A stretch of 64,000 nt of DNA from an uncultured Bdellovibrio sp. (lineage in GTDB: Bacteria > Bdellovibrionota > UBA1018), in NCBI GenBank assembly GCA_964490895.1, contig CAZBEI010000118.1, positions 482-64,481 of the forward strand, given 5' to 3'. This document shows, in pieces, positions 9,618-19,893 of the stretch. Within the stretch, counting starts at the first letter, position 1. Each line of letters begins with the position of its first letter. The notes under the pieces are model-generated. The model had not been told where the DNA came from, ran no database searches, and was given only the letters and a program-made list of their open reading frames with translations. The position numbers and the translations under genes are program-made.

Positions 9618-11217
9618 GTTTGATCTCCTGATTGTAGGTTCTGGCCCGAGCGGAGTTCAGGCTGCCCAAGTGGCTCTCCAAAATGGAATAAAAGTCGGCC
9701 TGATCGACATTGGTTTTACGGAAGACAAATACGAAAAGCTCATCCCTCCAATGTCTTTTTCTGAAATTAAAAAATCAGACCCCAATCAATCTTTTTATTT
9801 TTTAGGAGAAAATGAGGAAGCCGCATTTCAAAGTCAAGCCAAAGCTGGAGCCCATCTCACGCCCCCCAGACAACACATGATTCGAGACATGGAAAAAATT
9901 TTTCCAATAGAGTCCTCGACTTTCCTACCCTTGCAAAGCACTGCTCAAGGAGGATTAGGTGTGAGTTGGGGTTCTAATGTTTTTGGGCTAGAGGACTTTG
10001 AGTTAAACAAAATTGGAATAGATCCAATTGAAATCAAATCTTTTTACAAAGAGACAGCGTATGAAATTGGGGTGAGTGGGGACTCCAATGACGATTTAGC
10101 AAAGCTCATTGCAAAAGATATTCCATTACAAAGGCCGCTTTTATTGGATTCTATGGGGCAATCAATTTTAAAAATATATCAAAAAAAAAGAGCTCAGTTT
10201 TTAAAAAATGATTTTATATTAGGGCAAAGCGTCCTGGCCAATCTCTCGGAGCCCATTCAAGATCGAAGTGCAAACCCACACTGGGATATGGATTTTTGGA
10301 GTGATGCAAAAAAATCTGTTTACCGTCCACAATTTACTTTATCCCGCATACTAAAGGAGCCTTCTTTTTACCACCTCCCAGGACGTCAGGCTATTTTTTT
10401 CAAAGAAGCAGACTGTGTCTCCCTCCACTGCAAAAATGTGAGAAATAACAACTCGGAGGTTTTTAAAACAAAATGCCTTTTATTGGCTGCAGGAGCCATA
10501 GGCAGCGGCAGAATTGCTCTCAGGTCCTTCTCTGAATTCAAAACCAAAATCCCAATCCTCTGTAATCCAAATCTTTGGGTTGCAGCTCTACACTGGCCCT
10601 TATTGGGCCGCCCTGTACAAGATGCGAGGTACAGTCTTGCACAACTGACTTCGCTTTTGAGAGTCAAAGAAGACCCCCAGGATTATGTCTTAGCCCAATT
10701 TTACTCTTATCGGTCTCTTTTACTCTCGAGACTTTTACTCAATATTCCACTGCCGCCAAGCTTCGGTTTACTTTTTACAAGGCTCATTTTGAATTCTTTT
10801 ACCTGTGTGAATTTGCATTTTTCGGATCACCCCTCGCCTCTCCGATGGCTTCAGCTGAAAGAAGGGGGAGAAACTCTTTTGGCTCATTCAGAATTCTCGG
10901 TACAGGAAAAAAAAACACTTCGAACAAGAGAACACCAAATGCTAAATAAGCTTTTTAGACTTTCTTGTTTCCCCTTTGGAGTCAGCCGTCCTGCCCATGG
11001 AGCGAGTATCCATTATGCAGGAACACTGCCCTACTCTCGAGAACTAAAACCACTCACCTGTGATCCCAGTGGAAAACTGCATGGAACGAGTAGAGTTTAT
11101 GTTGGAGACGGATCCACATGGAATTACCTGCCCGCAAAAGGATTGACTTTTACTTTGATGGCCAACGCGCGGAGGATTGCCTCGCACATTGCAAAAGAAC
11201 TTATAAAAAGTAACTAG
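9601..11217 (+). CDS. GMC-family FAD-dependent oxidoreductase
   Basis: 538 aa with GTG start, N-terminal FAD fold DLLIVGSGPSGVQAA and GMC C-terminal region GTSRVYVGDGSTWNYLPAKGLTFTLMANARRIA. Confidence 0.75.
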   Translation: MAENPEFDLLIVGSGPSGVQAAQVALQNGIKVGLIDIGFTEDKYEKLIPPMSFSEIKKSDPNQSFYFLGENEEAAFQSQAKAGAHLTPPRQHMIRDMEKIFPIESSTFLPLQSTAQGGLGVSWGSNVFGLEDFELNKIGIDPIEIKSFYKETAYEIGVSGDSNDDLAKLIAKDIPLQRPLLLDSMGQSILKIYQKKRAQFLKNDFILGQSVLANLSEPIQDRSANPHWDMDFWSDAKKSVYRPQFTLSRILKEPSFYHLPGRQAIFFKEADCVSLHCKNVRNNNSEVFKTKCLLLAAGAIGSGRIALRSFSEFKTKIPILCNPNLWVAALHWPLLGRPVQDARYSLAQLTSLLRVKEDPQDYVLAQFYSYRSLLLSRLLLNIPLPPSFGLLFTRLILNSFTCVNLHFSDHPSPLRWLQLKEGGETLLAHSEFSVQEKKTLRTREHQMLNKLFRLSCFPFGVSRPAHGASIHYAGTLPYSRELKPLTCDPSGKLHGTSRVYVGDGSTWNYLPAKGLTFTLMANARRIASHIAKELIKSN

Positions 11218-11921
11218 TACTCGTACACAATATCTGCATCCAAATCTTTCCAGGTCCCATTCACATTTTGCTTGAGCAGAGTCCGTCCTTTGAGCTCTAA
11301 AAGTTTGACAGAGTCTTTTTCGAAAGTAAAAAGAAGTGGATTGACAACCGCAGCAATGATAAAACTCGTGGGTTTCATTTTTACAACGATGCAGTCTTTG
11401 CCATTTATTTTGAGTTCGCTTTCTTTGAAAAATTTAAATCCCACTGTATCTCTGCGCTCCAAAACAGCAAAACGAATGGAAATCGTCTCGCCACCAACAA
11501 TGTCTTTCCAGTTTTTTTTCAAATAATCAATTACCGTAGGGCCCACTACAAGATTGGGTGCTAAATCTTCTTGATCTGTTTTTGTTTTCCCATCGCTCAC
11601 CGTTGTAAAAATCACTTTTCCGTCTTTGACTTCTAAGGTCCTTTCGTCTCCCAGTTGTTTTTGATGGATTTGATATTTCAAAATTTTACCGTCTTTTAGC
11701 AATAGCTCTTCGATGACCGCTTCCTTTTTATTTGTGGGCTCTGTAATGGTTGTTTTTACATTGGTGTTGTCTGAAACGTTTGTCTCTTCGCGCTTCATTT
11801 GATACAAAAGTTTTTGTTTGTCTGAGTTTAATTCATAAAGCTTTGCTGTATAAGTGATGGCCCAGGCTGGCGAAGTGAAATTTAAAACACCCATAAAAAA
11901 TAAAAACTTATTCATTTTCAT
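11214..11921 (-). CDS. secreted hypothetical protein
   Basis: 235 aa with signal peptide MKMNKFLFFMGVLNFTSPAWA and Lys-rich beta-strand-like composition. Confidence 0.5.
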   Translation of the reverse strand: MKMNKFLFFMGVLNFTSPAWAITYTAKLYELNSDKQKLLYQMKREETNVSDNTNVKTTITEPTNKKEAVIEELLLKDGKILKYQIHQKQLGDERTLEVKDGKVIFTTVSDGKTKTDQEDLAPNLVVGPTVIDYLKKNWKDIVGGETISIRFAVLERRDTVGFKFFKESELKINGKDCIVVKMKPTSFIIAAVVNPLLFTFEKDSVKLLELKGRTLLKQNVNGTWKDLDADIVYEY

Positions 11922-11930
11922 ATTTTCCTT

Positions 11931-12335
11931 TTATTTTCCTTCTCGCACCAAGTTTCTGTTCCAATTGGGAACTTCTACAATGAGGTTCTTAGTCCCACGA
12001 GGGATGGTTTGGCAAGCTAATCTTGATTGAGGGGTCAGTCCTGGGGCTTTGTCTAACTGGTCTTCTTCGGCCTCAGTACTGTCATTGCAATCGCCTGCAC
12101 CTTCTTGCACAATGACATGGCAAGTGGAACAAGCACAAACACCGCCGCAGGCATGGTCAATGTCAACCCCACTCGCTAAAGCAATATCTAAAATACTTCC
12201 AGGAAGTCCGGTCTCTGAACTGGGCCTTTGCTCAGGATTTATTTGCACCTTCGAGACAACAGGCAAAACGTTTGGTTTTTCTCTGGTGCGAAACTCAATC
12301 CAAAACGGATTTTGGGGCAAACTCTGCTTCTCCAT
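11931..12335 (-). CDS. fdx: 2Fe-2S ferredoxin (adrenodoxin/Fdx type)
   Basis: 134 aa with cysteine motif HACGGVCACSTCH and a distal Cys, typical of ISC-type [2Fe-2S] ferredoxins. Confidence 0.7.
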   Translation of the reverse strand: MEKQSLPQNPFWIEFRTREKPNVLPVVSKVQINPEQRPSSETGLPGSILDIALASGVDIDHACGGVCACSTCHVIVQEGAGDCNDSTEAEEDQLDKAPGLTPQSRLACQTIPRGTKNLIVEVPNWNRNLVREGK

Positions 12336-12377
12336 GGCACAGAAGAAAATAGCACAATTTGCCCCTCAATGCAGTGA

Positions 12378-14504
12378 TCAAATACTACAATCCAGGGCTC
12401 CGGGTTCAAAGACTTTCCCCAACATCTCGCTTGTCTTTTTTCGAAGCGATTGGATATTTTCTTTCGTCTTTGCTTGAGCAGACGCGCTTGACTTTAAGCC
12501 AATTTCAGCTTCAAAGCTTGTATCACAAAGATGAGCTCTGAGAGTTGAGAGGACATATGCCTTCACACCTGCTACCGAAGACGGGCGCTCTCCACCCGTA
12601 AAGAAGCCAGTCCACTTTGCACCAGTTGCCTCGGCGCTAAGTACATAGGCCCCAACTCCGGTCAAAGAGACTTCCAGTTCTCTTTTCATATCATCCAGAT
12701 TCCAAATGGGTGCGCTTGCACTGCCTCTTTCGATCAAGAGATCTACCGCATGCGTGAGACGGCCATCAAAAAATCCAAATGGATCAGAAGTCGCATCATC
12801 TTTGGAACACTCTGCAGATTTTGAAGGACTGGCCAAATTCACAACGTCTTCGTCTGTGCAAAACCAATCGCTATGAGTGGGCAAAACACCTGTATAGCCA
12901 TAGGCCACAGCCATTTCGTCATAAAGACCGACATGATCTAAGTGCCTAAAGCTACGGCCCAAGTACTCCATGATGGAGCGAGAAACTTTGCCTAACTCAA
13001 GTTCCTTGTCAGCACCTAAGTTGCCTCTAAAATTATGACGTAACCCAATGTTATGGCCCAATTCGTGCGTGATTATGTCATGAAAATAGCCTTCCATATA
13101 GGTTTCGAACGTAAAACCCTCGGGTGGATTCTCAAAATCTGTTCTCTGCATGATGGGATCTTCTAACGAGGGATCTTGCGAACGTATGGCAAGCTCCAGC
13201 TCTGAGCCTAGTTTTAGCTGGTAAGTGACAGAGTTTTTATCCGCTTCCATTTGGTCCAATCCGTGTGGGCCACTGTGGGGGAGAACTCCGCCCTCTTGCA
13301 ATTTAAACCACTCCCTGTACATCTCTACAATGTGCGGGCCTTGAACCAATACATTTGCACTAAAATTTTCGCCTGTGTATTGATTGGCAATCGAAGGACC
13401 TAATCCCCCGTAGGGTGCTCTGTTCAATAAATCCCATTCAATAATATTGTACCGAATATCTCCTGCCACTAAAAGCGCACTCCTAGGATCTGTGGATGAA
13501 ATAAATTCGTAATTAAATATTTTCTTACCTGTAATTTTCAGGAATCTTTCGTTCCATTCTTCGAATGCACTCACAAATCCCTTTTGAAATTCTGCAGGCA
13601 CGTTTTTAACGTAATACTTAACCCCGTCCATACGAGCATCCAGATCAAATCGTTCAATGAGAGGAGTCTTATTTCGCTTCGTTAAAAAGAAACCCACTTC
13701 CGGAACTGCTTTTCGGGTGACAAAACTTGGATTAAAAATGTCCCCAAGTTTCAAATACCAACGATTGGTGATGACAGTCTCTGGAGCATTGGGATCAGTG
13801 GCTGTCAGCTCGACCAAATGGGCCTCCACATCAAAGACCAAAGTGTTTTTCGAAAAATCAAAACTTACCACTTGGCTTTTGACGGACTTAAACTTAGCTA
13901 AGATAGGATCGCCTTTCCGAATAGCCACTAAGTCTAAAAGATCTCCCAAATGCGAAAGATCTAAAACCACCGCTTTTTTGAGAGGATCAAGAGCCACCAC
14001 CGGAATCCCCATCAGTTCTTTTTTGACCGCTCCATCAGAACAATTTCCATCGCAATTTAAAACTTTAAGCAAAGTTTGGCCAAATAAAAGGGGTTTATCC
14101 ACTCGAGTACTCACTAAAAGAGAAGGGAGGTCGGCCAACTTTAATCTCCCAAGAGTTTCGTCTGTTTTATTAGAAACTTTGATGATCACTCCACCAAAAA
14201 CCATGGTTTGACCCACTAAACTTTGCGGCATACTAAACTGCAGCGAAGTCGAATCCAAAACAGGCGGCCGTCTGCGGCGGGCGCTAGGAGAACTTGGAAG
14301 CTCAAAAACTCGATTTTCAAGTTTTTCTTTGACCGCTTCACCCCCTAAAATCTGAAACTGATATTGGTCATTTCCTATAGTTTTATCGACCCTTGGATCC
14401 CCCGCTACAACCACATTTCGAGCAAGATCATTGTCAGAGTTTTTTGGTGCACAACCCGCTAAAAAGACACCTACGCCTAGCAATAATATATGACTTGTTT
14501 TCAT
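12378..14504 (-). CDS. zinc metalloprotease lipoprotein, metzincin type
   Basis: 708 aa with lipoprotein signal MKTSHILLLGVGVFLAGC and an extended zinc-binding motif HELGHNIGLRHNF (HExxHxxGxxH). Confidence 0.65.
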   Translation of the reverse strand: MKTSHILLLGVGVFLAGCAPKNSDNDLARNVVVAGDPRVDKTIGNDQYQFQILGGEAVKEKLENRVFELPSSPSARRRRPPVLDSTSLQFSMPQSLVGQTMVFGGVIIKVSNKTDETLGRLKLADLPSLLVSTRVDKPLLFGQTLLKVLNCDGNCSDGAVKKELMGIPVVALDPLKKAVVLDLSHLGDLLDLVAIRKGDPILAKFKSVKSQVVSFDFSKNTLVFDVEAHLVELTATDPNAPETVITNRWYLKLGDIFNPSFVTRKAVPEVGFFLTKRNKTPLIERFDLDARMDGVKYYVKNVPAEFQKGFVSAFEEWNERFLKITGKKIFNYEFISSTDPRSALLVAGDIRYNIIEWDLLNRAPYGGLGPSIANQYTGENFSANVLVQGPHIVEMYREWFKLQEGGVLPHSGPHGLDQMEADKNSVTYQLKLGSELELAIRSQDPSLEDPIMQRTDFENPPEGFTFETYMEGYFHDIITHELGHNIGLRHNFRGNLGADKELELGKVSRSIMEYLGRSFRHLDHVGLYDEMAVAYGYTGVLPTHSDWFCTDEDVVNLASPSKSAECSKDDATSDPFGFFDGRLTHAVDLLIERGSASAPIWNLDDMKRELEVSLTGVGAYVLSAEATGAKWTGFFTGGERPSSVAGVKAYVLSTLRAHLCDTSFEAEIGLKSSASAQAKTKENIQSLRKKTSEMLGKVFEPGALDCSI

Positions 14505-14680
14505 CTTCCCCCCCTGTTCTGATGAAACTACACCTAAATTTTAGATCCCCCACGGCCTCACTTGCCTCTCACACACTGCCTGAGACAAGCTAAGCTGATA
14601 TCACTACCCTTATTTATTTAAAAAGAAAAGCCCCCCCGAAAAATAATTTTAAATCCCTACTATTACAATAATGCGATGCG

Positions 14681-15697
14681 CTATCCTGCCAAAATTTTCA
14701 TTGCAGGAAACCGGTTTTCCAACATTTTCCGAATCACAAACTGATTTTCTTTAGGCATTAAAACATGCACATTGGGGCCTGCATCGGCTGTGACAACAAA
14801 AGACCAATCTGAATTTTTTAGAGACTCTTCTAAAAATTTTAAAATTTCGTGAGTCTCATCATTCCAATAGGTAAAAGAGGGCTTTGCCGTATGAAAAAGA
14901 GAGTGCATGTCCCACATTTCATCCCAAGTTATTTTAGAAACCGTTTTTATATCTCCGTTTTTTAAAGCTGGGATTATTTTTTTGACTCTCTTGGCAACTC
15001 GCTCTCCTCGAAGCCCCCAGTGAGGTGAGGATTTTACTCTCTCGTGTGCCTCTGTAGAAGAAATTGATTTGGCTTCTTCGCTTACCATTAAAACCAAATC
15101 AACCATTTCAGGCATATTTGTAATAAGGGGAGTGACTTCTGCTTTGTGCCAGTGCACCCAGGGACCATAAAAACTCCGACAAGAACTCCCCGAGCCTTGG
15201 CGAGAAAGACAAGCCAAAGCAGATTTAATTTTGGGGTCAGAAAAAAAAGCGTCTTCCTCAAAATTCAAAACACCCAAACATGCTTTTGCTGCAACCAGTG
15301 TCAAAGCAGCAAACCCTGAGGCACTGGAGGCAAGCCCCACCGCTACGGGGAAATTATTTGTGGAACGGATTTTAATTCTTTTTTTTAAATAAAAAGAAAT
15401 GCAGCTTCCAGAAAAACCAAACTTACCTTTGAACAAAGGATCCATACCCCGAATCACTCTCAAAACATGATCTTTTATTTTTTGAGTCGACTGAGCACTG
15501 AGAGCTGGGCTCTGATTTTCTTTGACCCAAACGACTTCGAACACAGGACTCTCAAGCACGCTGAGCTCAGTCTCAGTATAAAACGAATGGAGCGTCAGAG
15601 AAATGCTATCATTTGCTGGCAAGTTTAAAAGCGAGTCTTCTTTGCCCATGTATTTGATGAGAGCAATGTTTGAGGGGGCTTGTGCTTTAAAAATCAT
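14681..15697 (-). CDS. mvaD: diphosphomevalonate decarboxylase (mevalonate pathway, GHMP kinase family)
   Basis: 338 aa. The N-terminus APSNIALIKYMGKED matches the MVD signature (APVNIAVIKYWGKRD), and a GHMP motif GLASSASGFAAL is present. Confidence 0.75.
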   Translation of the reverse strand: MIFKAQAPSNIALIKYMGKEDSLLNLPANDSISLTLHSFYTETELSVLESPVFEVVWVKENQSPALSAQSTQKIKDHVLRVIRGMDPLFKGKFGFSGSCISFYLKKRIKIRSTNNFPVAVGLASSASGFAALTLVAAKACLGVLNFEEDAFFSDPKIKSALACLSRQGSGSSCRSFYGPWVHWHKAEVTPLITNMPEMVDLVLMVSEEAKSISSTEAHERVKSSPHWGLRGERVAKRVKKIIPALKNGDIKTVSKITWDEMWDMHSLFHTAKPSFTYWNDETHEILKFLEESLKNSDWSFVVTADAGPNVHVLMPKENQFVIRKMLENRFPAMKILAG

Positions 15698-15786
15698 GAT
15701 AAACTCAGTAATTCTAGGAAAACAGATACCACAACAACAAAAAATTTGTTATTGAGAAGCATCGACCCCACGGTGGGGCCACACAT

Positions 15787-15857
15787 GGGGCTATGGTGAA
15801 GGGGTATCACGCAGCAATCGCACTGCTGAGTCCCGAGTTCAATTCTCGGTAGCTCCA
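15787..15857 (+). tRNA. tRNA-Ala (anticodon CGC)
   Basis: Manual cloverleaf with 7-bp acceptor GGGGCTA/TAGCTCC including the G3:U70 Ala identity pair, D stem GTGA/TCAC, anticodon stem CAGCA/TGCTG with loop aTCGCac, T arm CCGAG-TTCAATT-CTCGG and discriminator A. CCA is not encoded. Confidence 0.8.
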
Positions 15858-15861
15858 AAAG

Positions 15862-17184
15862 TTAAATTTTCCAAAATGGATAGAACAATATTTTTTTGCT
15901 TTTGTTAAAATAAGGTGCACCTCCATAGAGCACCACTCCAAACGGGAGTTTCCATTTAGAAATGACACACTCGAGTAACTCTGTATTTTTTATTTCATTT
16001 AATTGATGCGTCTTCTTGACTTCTATGGGAACAAGTCGCTCCCCTAATTTAAATATAAAATCGATTTCACCGGGTAAAAAATCCAAGGAGTCATTTACAG
16101 CTTTATAGGCAAAGTTTTTGTAATAATAAATATTGGCTTTTAGAGGAAGTTTTTCCTGCAAAGCGTTGAGGCGCGAGTGCACATAGGCCTCCAGTCTATA
16201 TCCTGCTTCAGATTCCTTAAAATCCAAATGGGCTGTATAATAAGTCACTAGACTTGGGTCTATCCATGAATAAATTGCAAAATATGTTTTTTTAAGATTT
16301 TCATACTCTGCCAGGTAGGGCCTTTTTTTTATTAAGTACCCATGATTCAATAAGTGATCAATCACTTTGTCGACCCCATTGCGCTTAGAATTACGTAAAA
16401 CTTGATGGATCCCCTTATAGGTGAATTCTTTAGAATTCAAACTTGCCAAGTACTGTCTCACTTCGTCGTCTCTGGCTACTGTGGTTTCATAGTTTTCTGT
16501 AATGCCTCTTTCGGCTACCAGTTTGATCTCTTGGAGAGCGCGTTGCTCACCCTTTGCAAAAAAGGCCTTGGGCAGCCCTCCGTAGATCAAATACTGATCT
16601 AAAACAGGTACAATTTTCTGATCCCATTTTTCGGATTCAATCGATACCTCTTGCGGTGGAGTCCAGTCCGCTATGATCTTCTCAAATGGAGCCAACTCTT
16701 CTTGCAATGCTGAGGTGTTCATTATTTTCTTATGAACCAAAATTTCTTTCAAAGAAAAGGGTGTTAACGTCATGACTTCGGCTCGACGCTGAAGTCGGTT
16801 TTTTGCTTCAGTTTTTAAAAATGCAGGATGTGATCCTGAAACAATAAACGACACTTTAGCTTCGTCATAAGCAATCTTGACAGCATCAAAAATTTCCGGT
16901 TCTTTTTGGATCTCATCCACAAATAAGATCACCTTTTTTAGGCCACGAGAGTGAATTTCGTTCGAAATAAATCTGGTATTTTCTCTAATTTGTGACCTAA
17001 ACGCAACATCGTCACCTGTATATTGTAAAACATCAAAGCCTTTTTTCTCTAGTTTTTCTAAAAGTTTTGTAACGAGCGTTGTTTTTCCGCAGCCCACTAT
17101 TCCGGGTAATATAATTCCTGTAGGATGTTGGTCTAAAATCTTATTTTGAATTTGAAATAACAATTCGCGTTCTACAAAGTCCAT
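15862..17184 (-). CDS. AAA+ ATPase fused to a DUF4143 (PD-(D/E)xK-like) C-terminal domain, COG1373 family, paralog 1
   Basis: 440 aa with P-loop GIVGCGKTTLV, Walker B VILFVDEIQ and C-terminal EIDFIFKLGERLVPIEVKK (D...E-x-K). The stop codon is 4 nt downstream of the tRNA-Ala 3' end. Confidence 0.7.
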   Translation of the reverse strand: MDFVERELLFQIQNKILDQHPTGIILPGIVGCGKTTLVTKLLEKLEKKGFDVLQYTGDDVAFRSQIRENTRFISNEIHSRGLKKVILFVDEIQKEPEIFDAVKIAYDEAKVSFIVSGSHPAFLKTEAKNRLQRRAEVMTLTPFSLKEILVHKKIMNTSALQEELAPFEKIIADWTPPQEVSIESEKWDQKIVPVLDQYLIYGGLPKAFFAKGEQRALQEIKLVAERGITENYETTVARDDEVRQYLASLNSKEFTYKGIHQVLRNSKRNGVDKVIDHLLNHGYLIKKRPYLAEYENLKKTYFAIYSWIDPSLVTYYTAHLDFKESEAGYRLEAYVHSRLNALQEKLPLKANIYYYKNFAYKAVNDSLDFLPGEIDFIFKLGERLVPIEVKKTHQLNEIKNTELLECVISKWKLPFGVVLYGGAPYFNKSKKILFYPFWKI

Positions 17185-17260
17185 GCTTATCTATAAATAT
17201 CTCATTTTATTTCTAGATTTACAAGTAAATTAGATATTTAATTTTTAAATTTATACCCCT

Positions 17261-18142
17261 TTATCTAGGCACGAACCCACGCATCTTGGGGATTGTTTCG
17301 TGGCAATCCACAGGCGGGTAGTTAATAAACTCGAGGAGTTGGAGCCTCTCCTCTGCACCGGTCAAAACCAGTGGGGTTCCACCAGCTCTGGGTGCTGGGG
17401 CGTTTGCATTCACCTCAGTCTTTAACCCAGTCCAAAGGTCGATAAAATAAAGTTCAGTGTTCTGGGTATTATTTGTTTTGTCATTGATCACCCCAGCAAT
17501 TTGGACATTCATTTCCTGGATATCGTCGATGCAAATAGATTGAGTGGTTCGCGGATTTTGGTCACTATGTACAATGATAATAGAAAGACCAGGTCGGTTT
17601 GGATCTCTGCAGGGGATATCTGCCGCTCTGATCGAGTCTTGTACTGTGTTCCCAGCTACTGTATTCGCAGGGATATCAATCATTGCGTTGTTTAAGACGT
17701 TAAACTGACAACACAAAATAAAAACTTGGTCTATGGGAGGATTGGGGTTAAGTGCTGCTGGAGGCACTGTGCGTCTTTCTCTAAAAGCAAATCTGTCATT
17801 AAAGCAAACTCTCATGTCTCCTCTCAACACAATGGCTCCTTGTCCGGCAATTCGGTATGTGTTTAGATTATCTGGCGTTGCATCATTTGGTGGGTGAGGA
17901 GCTCCTGGTGGAAGTTGTGTAAACACTACTGTTTCCGCTCTCCTAAATGCATAATCAATCACTCCGTGGAGAGTGTCTTTGCCAAACTCAAAGCTCCCAA
18001 TATTTTCTGTGCTTTTGCTTAATTGCGAAACTTGCTTGAGTTGTTGAGTGGCAACAAGGGCTACAATAACTGCCAATCCCGATGCAATAATCACTTCGGC
18101 AATGGTAAATCCAGAAGTACCTAAGGCTTCTTTCTTTTTCAA
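17261..18142 (-). CDS. type IV pilin-like / pseudopilin protein with prepilin N-terminus
   Basis: 293 aa. The N-terminus GTSG|FTIAEVIIASGLAVIVALVA fits a class III signal with Gly-1, Phe+1, Glu+5 and a hydrophobic helix. Confidence 0.6.
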   Translation of the reverse strand: MKKKEALGTSGFTIAEVIIASGLAVIVALVATQQLKQVSQLSKSTENIGSFEFGKDTLHGVIDYAFRRAETVVFTQLPPGAPHPPNDATPDNLNTYRIAGQGAIVLRGDMRVCFNDRFAFRERRTVPPAALNPNPPIDQVFILCCQFNVLNNAMIDIPANTVAGNTVQDSIRAADIPCRDPNRPGLSIIIVHSDQNPRTTQSICIDDIQEMNVQIAGVINDKTNNTQNTELYFIDLWTGLKTEVNANAPAPRAGGTPLVLTGAEERLQLLEFINYPPVDCHETIPKMRGFVPR

Positions 18143-19263
18143 TGGATGACCACCTCTGAGTTATAAGCAGCTGGGACGGGATCAGGGATTGGTCTTACGT
18201 TGAGATCAGCATTTATAGGTCTATTTTGATCCCATGAATATTGAAAAGTCCTAATATTAACCGTAATAATATCCCCCAAATTATTTACTGCAGCCACAGC
18301 TGCAGCCGACTGGAAAGTAAAGCGAAGCTCACTCCGGATGGCTCGACCTGGCGGTGCGTCTGGTCCAAGTGCAGGAATATTTCCTGAACTCGGAAATAAG
18401 TTGTCGATAATGATTGTGTTTACAAAATTACCGACAGTGACTTCATCTAAAAAAATTCTGGGAATTTTCTGACCCAATCGAGATCCAAAATAAAATGGAC
18501 TTACAATCGGATAGGGGCTGGGAGCGGGGACTGGAGGCGGGTTGGGCACGCCGCTAAATAAAATTGTAAAGTTGTTAAAATCTAAGTTTCTTGCTAAATC
18601 GGAGTTAGTAAATCCAGCAAATCCTGGGTTTGCACCATTATGACAACTGATGCAATTTGCAAGTGGGTTGCCCATGATTGCTCGAATTTTTTGGTCGGGG
18701 GGAGGTTGAGGATTGGGTCCATCAAAAAAATCTTGATCCAGGTTTCCCCTCTGTCTTCCACCAGCGCGACTAGAAAGTGTCCAGGCCTGAATTCGATTTG
18801 CTAATAATCGCCACGCTCTCCTTTCAATAACATTGGGTGGCTGATGGAGATTAAAGGGTCCAACTGTAAGATTGATAGGATTAATTTCACATCGATGAGT
18901 TACAGGATTTAATCTAATATAAGGATGTAAGACTTTAATATTCCCCGGACCACCTCTGTCGGAGTCATCATTACAAGCAGTAGGAGGGTTCTGGATCGGC
19001 AGATATCCTCCCGGCAGCGGTGGGGGTAGATCTGCCTGGTGACACGGATCTTGGCACATCCAATATAGAATCGTGTCTTTAGAGGTCGCTTTTATCAGAT
19101 TCTGGATTGCAAAATTTTCACGGATGATCTCGGAGTGGCTTCGAGACATTTTCTGAAATTTTACGGTATGCGTGGTTAAAATCGAAAACGCCAGAGCTCC
19201 CACAATCAGGACAGTAGCCCCGATTAAAACCTCTACAATGGTAAACCCTCTCTTATTACTCAT
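18139..19263 (-). CDS. large type IV pilin-like / minor pilin-like protein
   Basis: 374 aa with N-terminus KRG|FTIVEVLIGATVLIVGALAF, a Pro/Asn/Gly-rich body and a CISCH (CxxCH) motif. It overlaps the downstream pilin-like gene by 4 nt. Confidence 0.6.
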   Translation of the reverse strand: MSNKRGFTIVEVLIGATVLIVGALAFSILTTHTVKFQKMSRSHSEIIRENFAIQNLIKATSKDTILYWMCQDPCHQADLPPPLPGGYLPIQNPPTACNDDSDRGGPGNIKVLHPYIRLNPVTHRCEINPINLTVGPFNLHQPPNVIERRAWRLLANRIQAWTLSSRAGGRQRGNLDQDFFDGPNPQPPPDQKIRAIMGNPLANCISCHNGANPGFAGFTNSDLARNLDFNNFTILFSGVPNPPPVPAPSPYPIVSPFYFGSRLGQKIPRIFLDEVTVGNFVNTIIIDNLFPSSGNIPALGPDAPPGRAIRSELRFTFQSAAAVAAVNNLGDIITVNIRTFQYSWDQNRPINADLNVRPIPDPVPAAYNSEVVIH

Positions 19264-19467
19264 TAAAAACCACTCACGTTTTTTTAAATTAAAATTACTT
19301 ATTAATGCCGCCCCATTTGCAGTATGGTATTATTTTAGTATAATATTATATAAAGGTTAAGTCTTTTTTTATAAGGGGTGGAATTAAATGAAATCACATC
19401 AAAAAGGCAGCGTGCTACTGATGGTCCTCGGCATCTTGGAAGTGGGCATTAGGGAGTTAAATAGGAT

Positions 19468-19893
19468 TCATGAAAGCACGTTAAACCCTTCTTTAATCGC
19501 CGCCCTTGCAAGTTGTTCATCAAATGTCACAAAATTGAGTCTGCTTGGGTGATCATCACAGGCCACTAAGGCTGCGGCGAGTTGAAGCGAATCAGAAGCC
19601 TGCAAAACATGTGCTCCTAAAAGTCGTTCAGCCTTTTTTTTAACTTGGGTGGTATGAGTGACCTCCATCCAAAGGCGGTCTAGTTTTTTTAGGTTTTTAA
19701 AACATCCCTTTAAAACCACTTCGGAAAGTTGTTTTGTCCTTTCTCTTCGATAAAGAGCAGAGAGGCATTCTACAGAAGTAAAACACCAAACCACAATTTT
19801 TTTAGTTTGTCCTAAGAGCTCAAGAGAGTGAGGGGTTCTTGTCTCTTCGACTAAAAGAGGAACAACAGCAGAGGAGTCCCAAAAGGTGATCAT
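19468..19893 (-). CDS. vapC: PIN-domain toxin (VapC-like)
   Basis: 141 aa with conserved acidic residues at FWDSSA, ASDSLQLAAA and FVTFDEQL, overlapping the upstream antitoxin by 4 nt. Confidence 0.65.
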   Translation of the reverse strand: MITFWDSSAVVPLLVEETRTPHSLELLGQTKKIVVWCFTSVECLSALYRRERTKQLSEVVLKGCFKNLKKLDRLWMEVTHTTQVKKKAERLLGAHVLQASDSLQLAAALVACDDHPSRLNFVTFDEQLARAAIKEGFNVLS

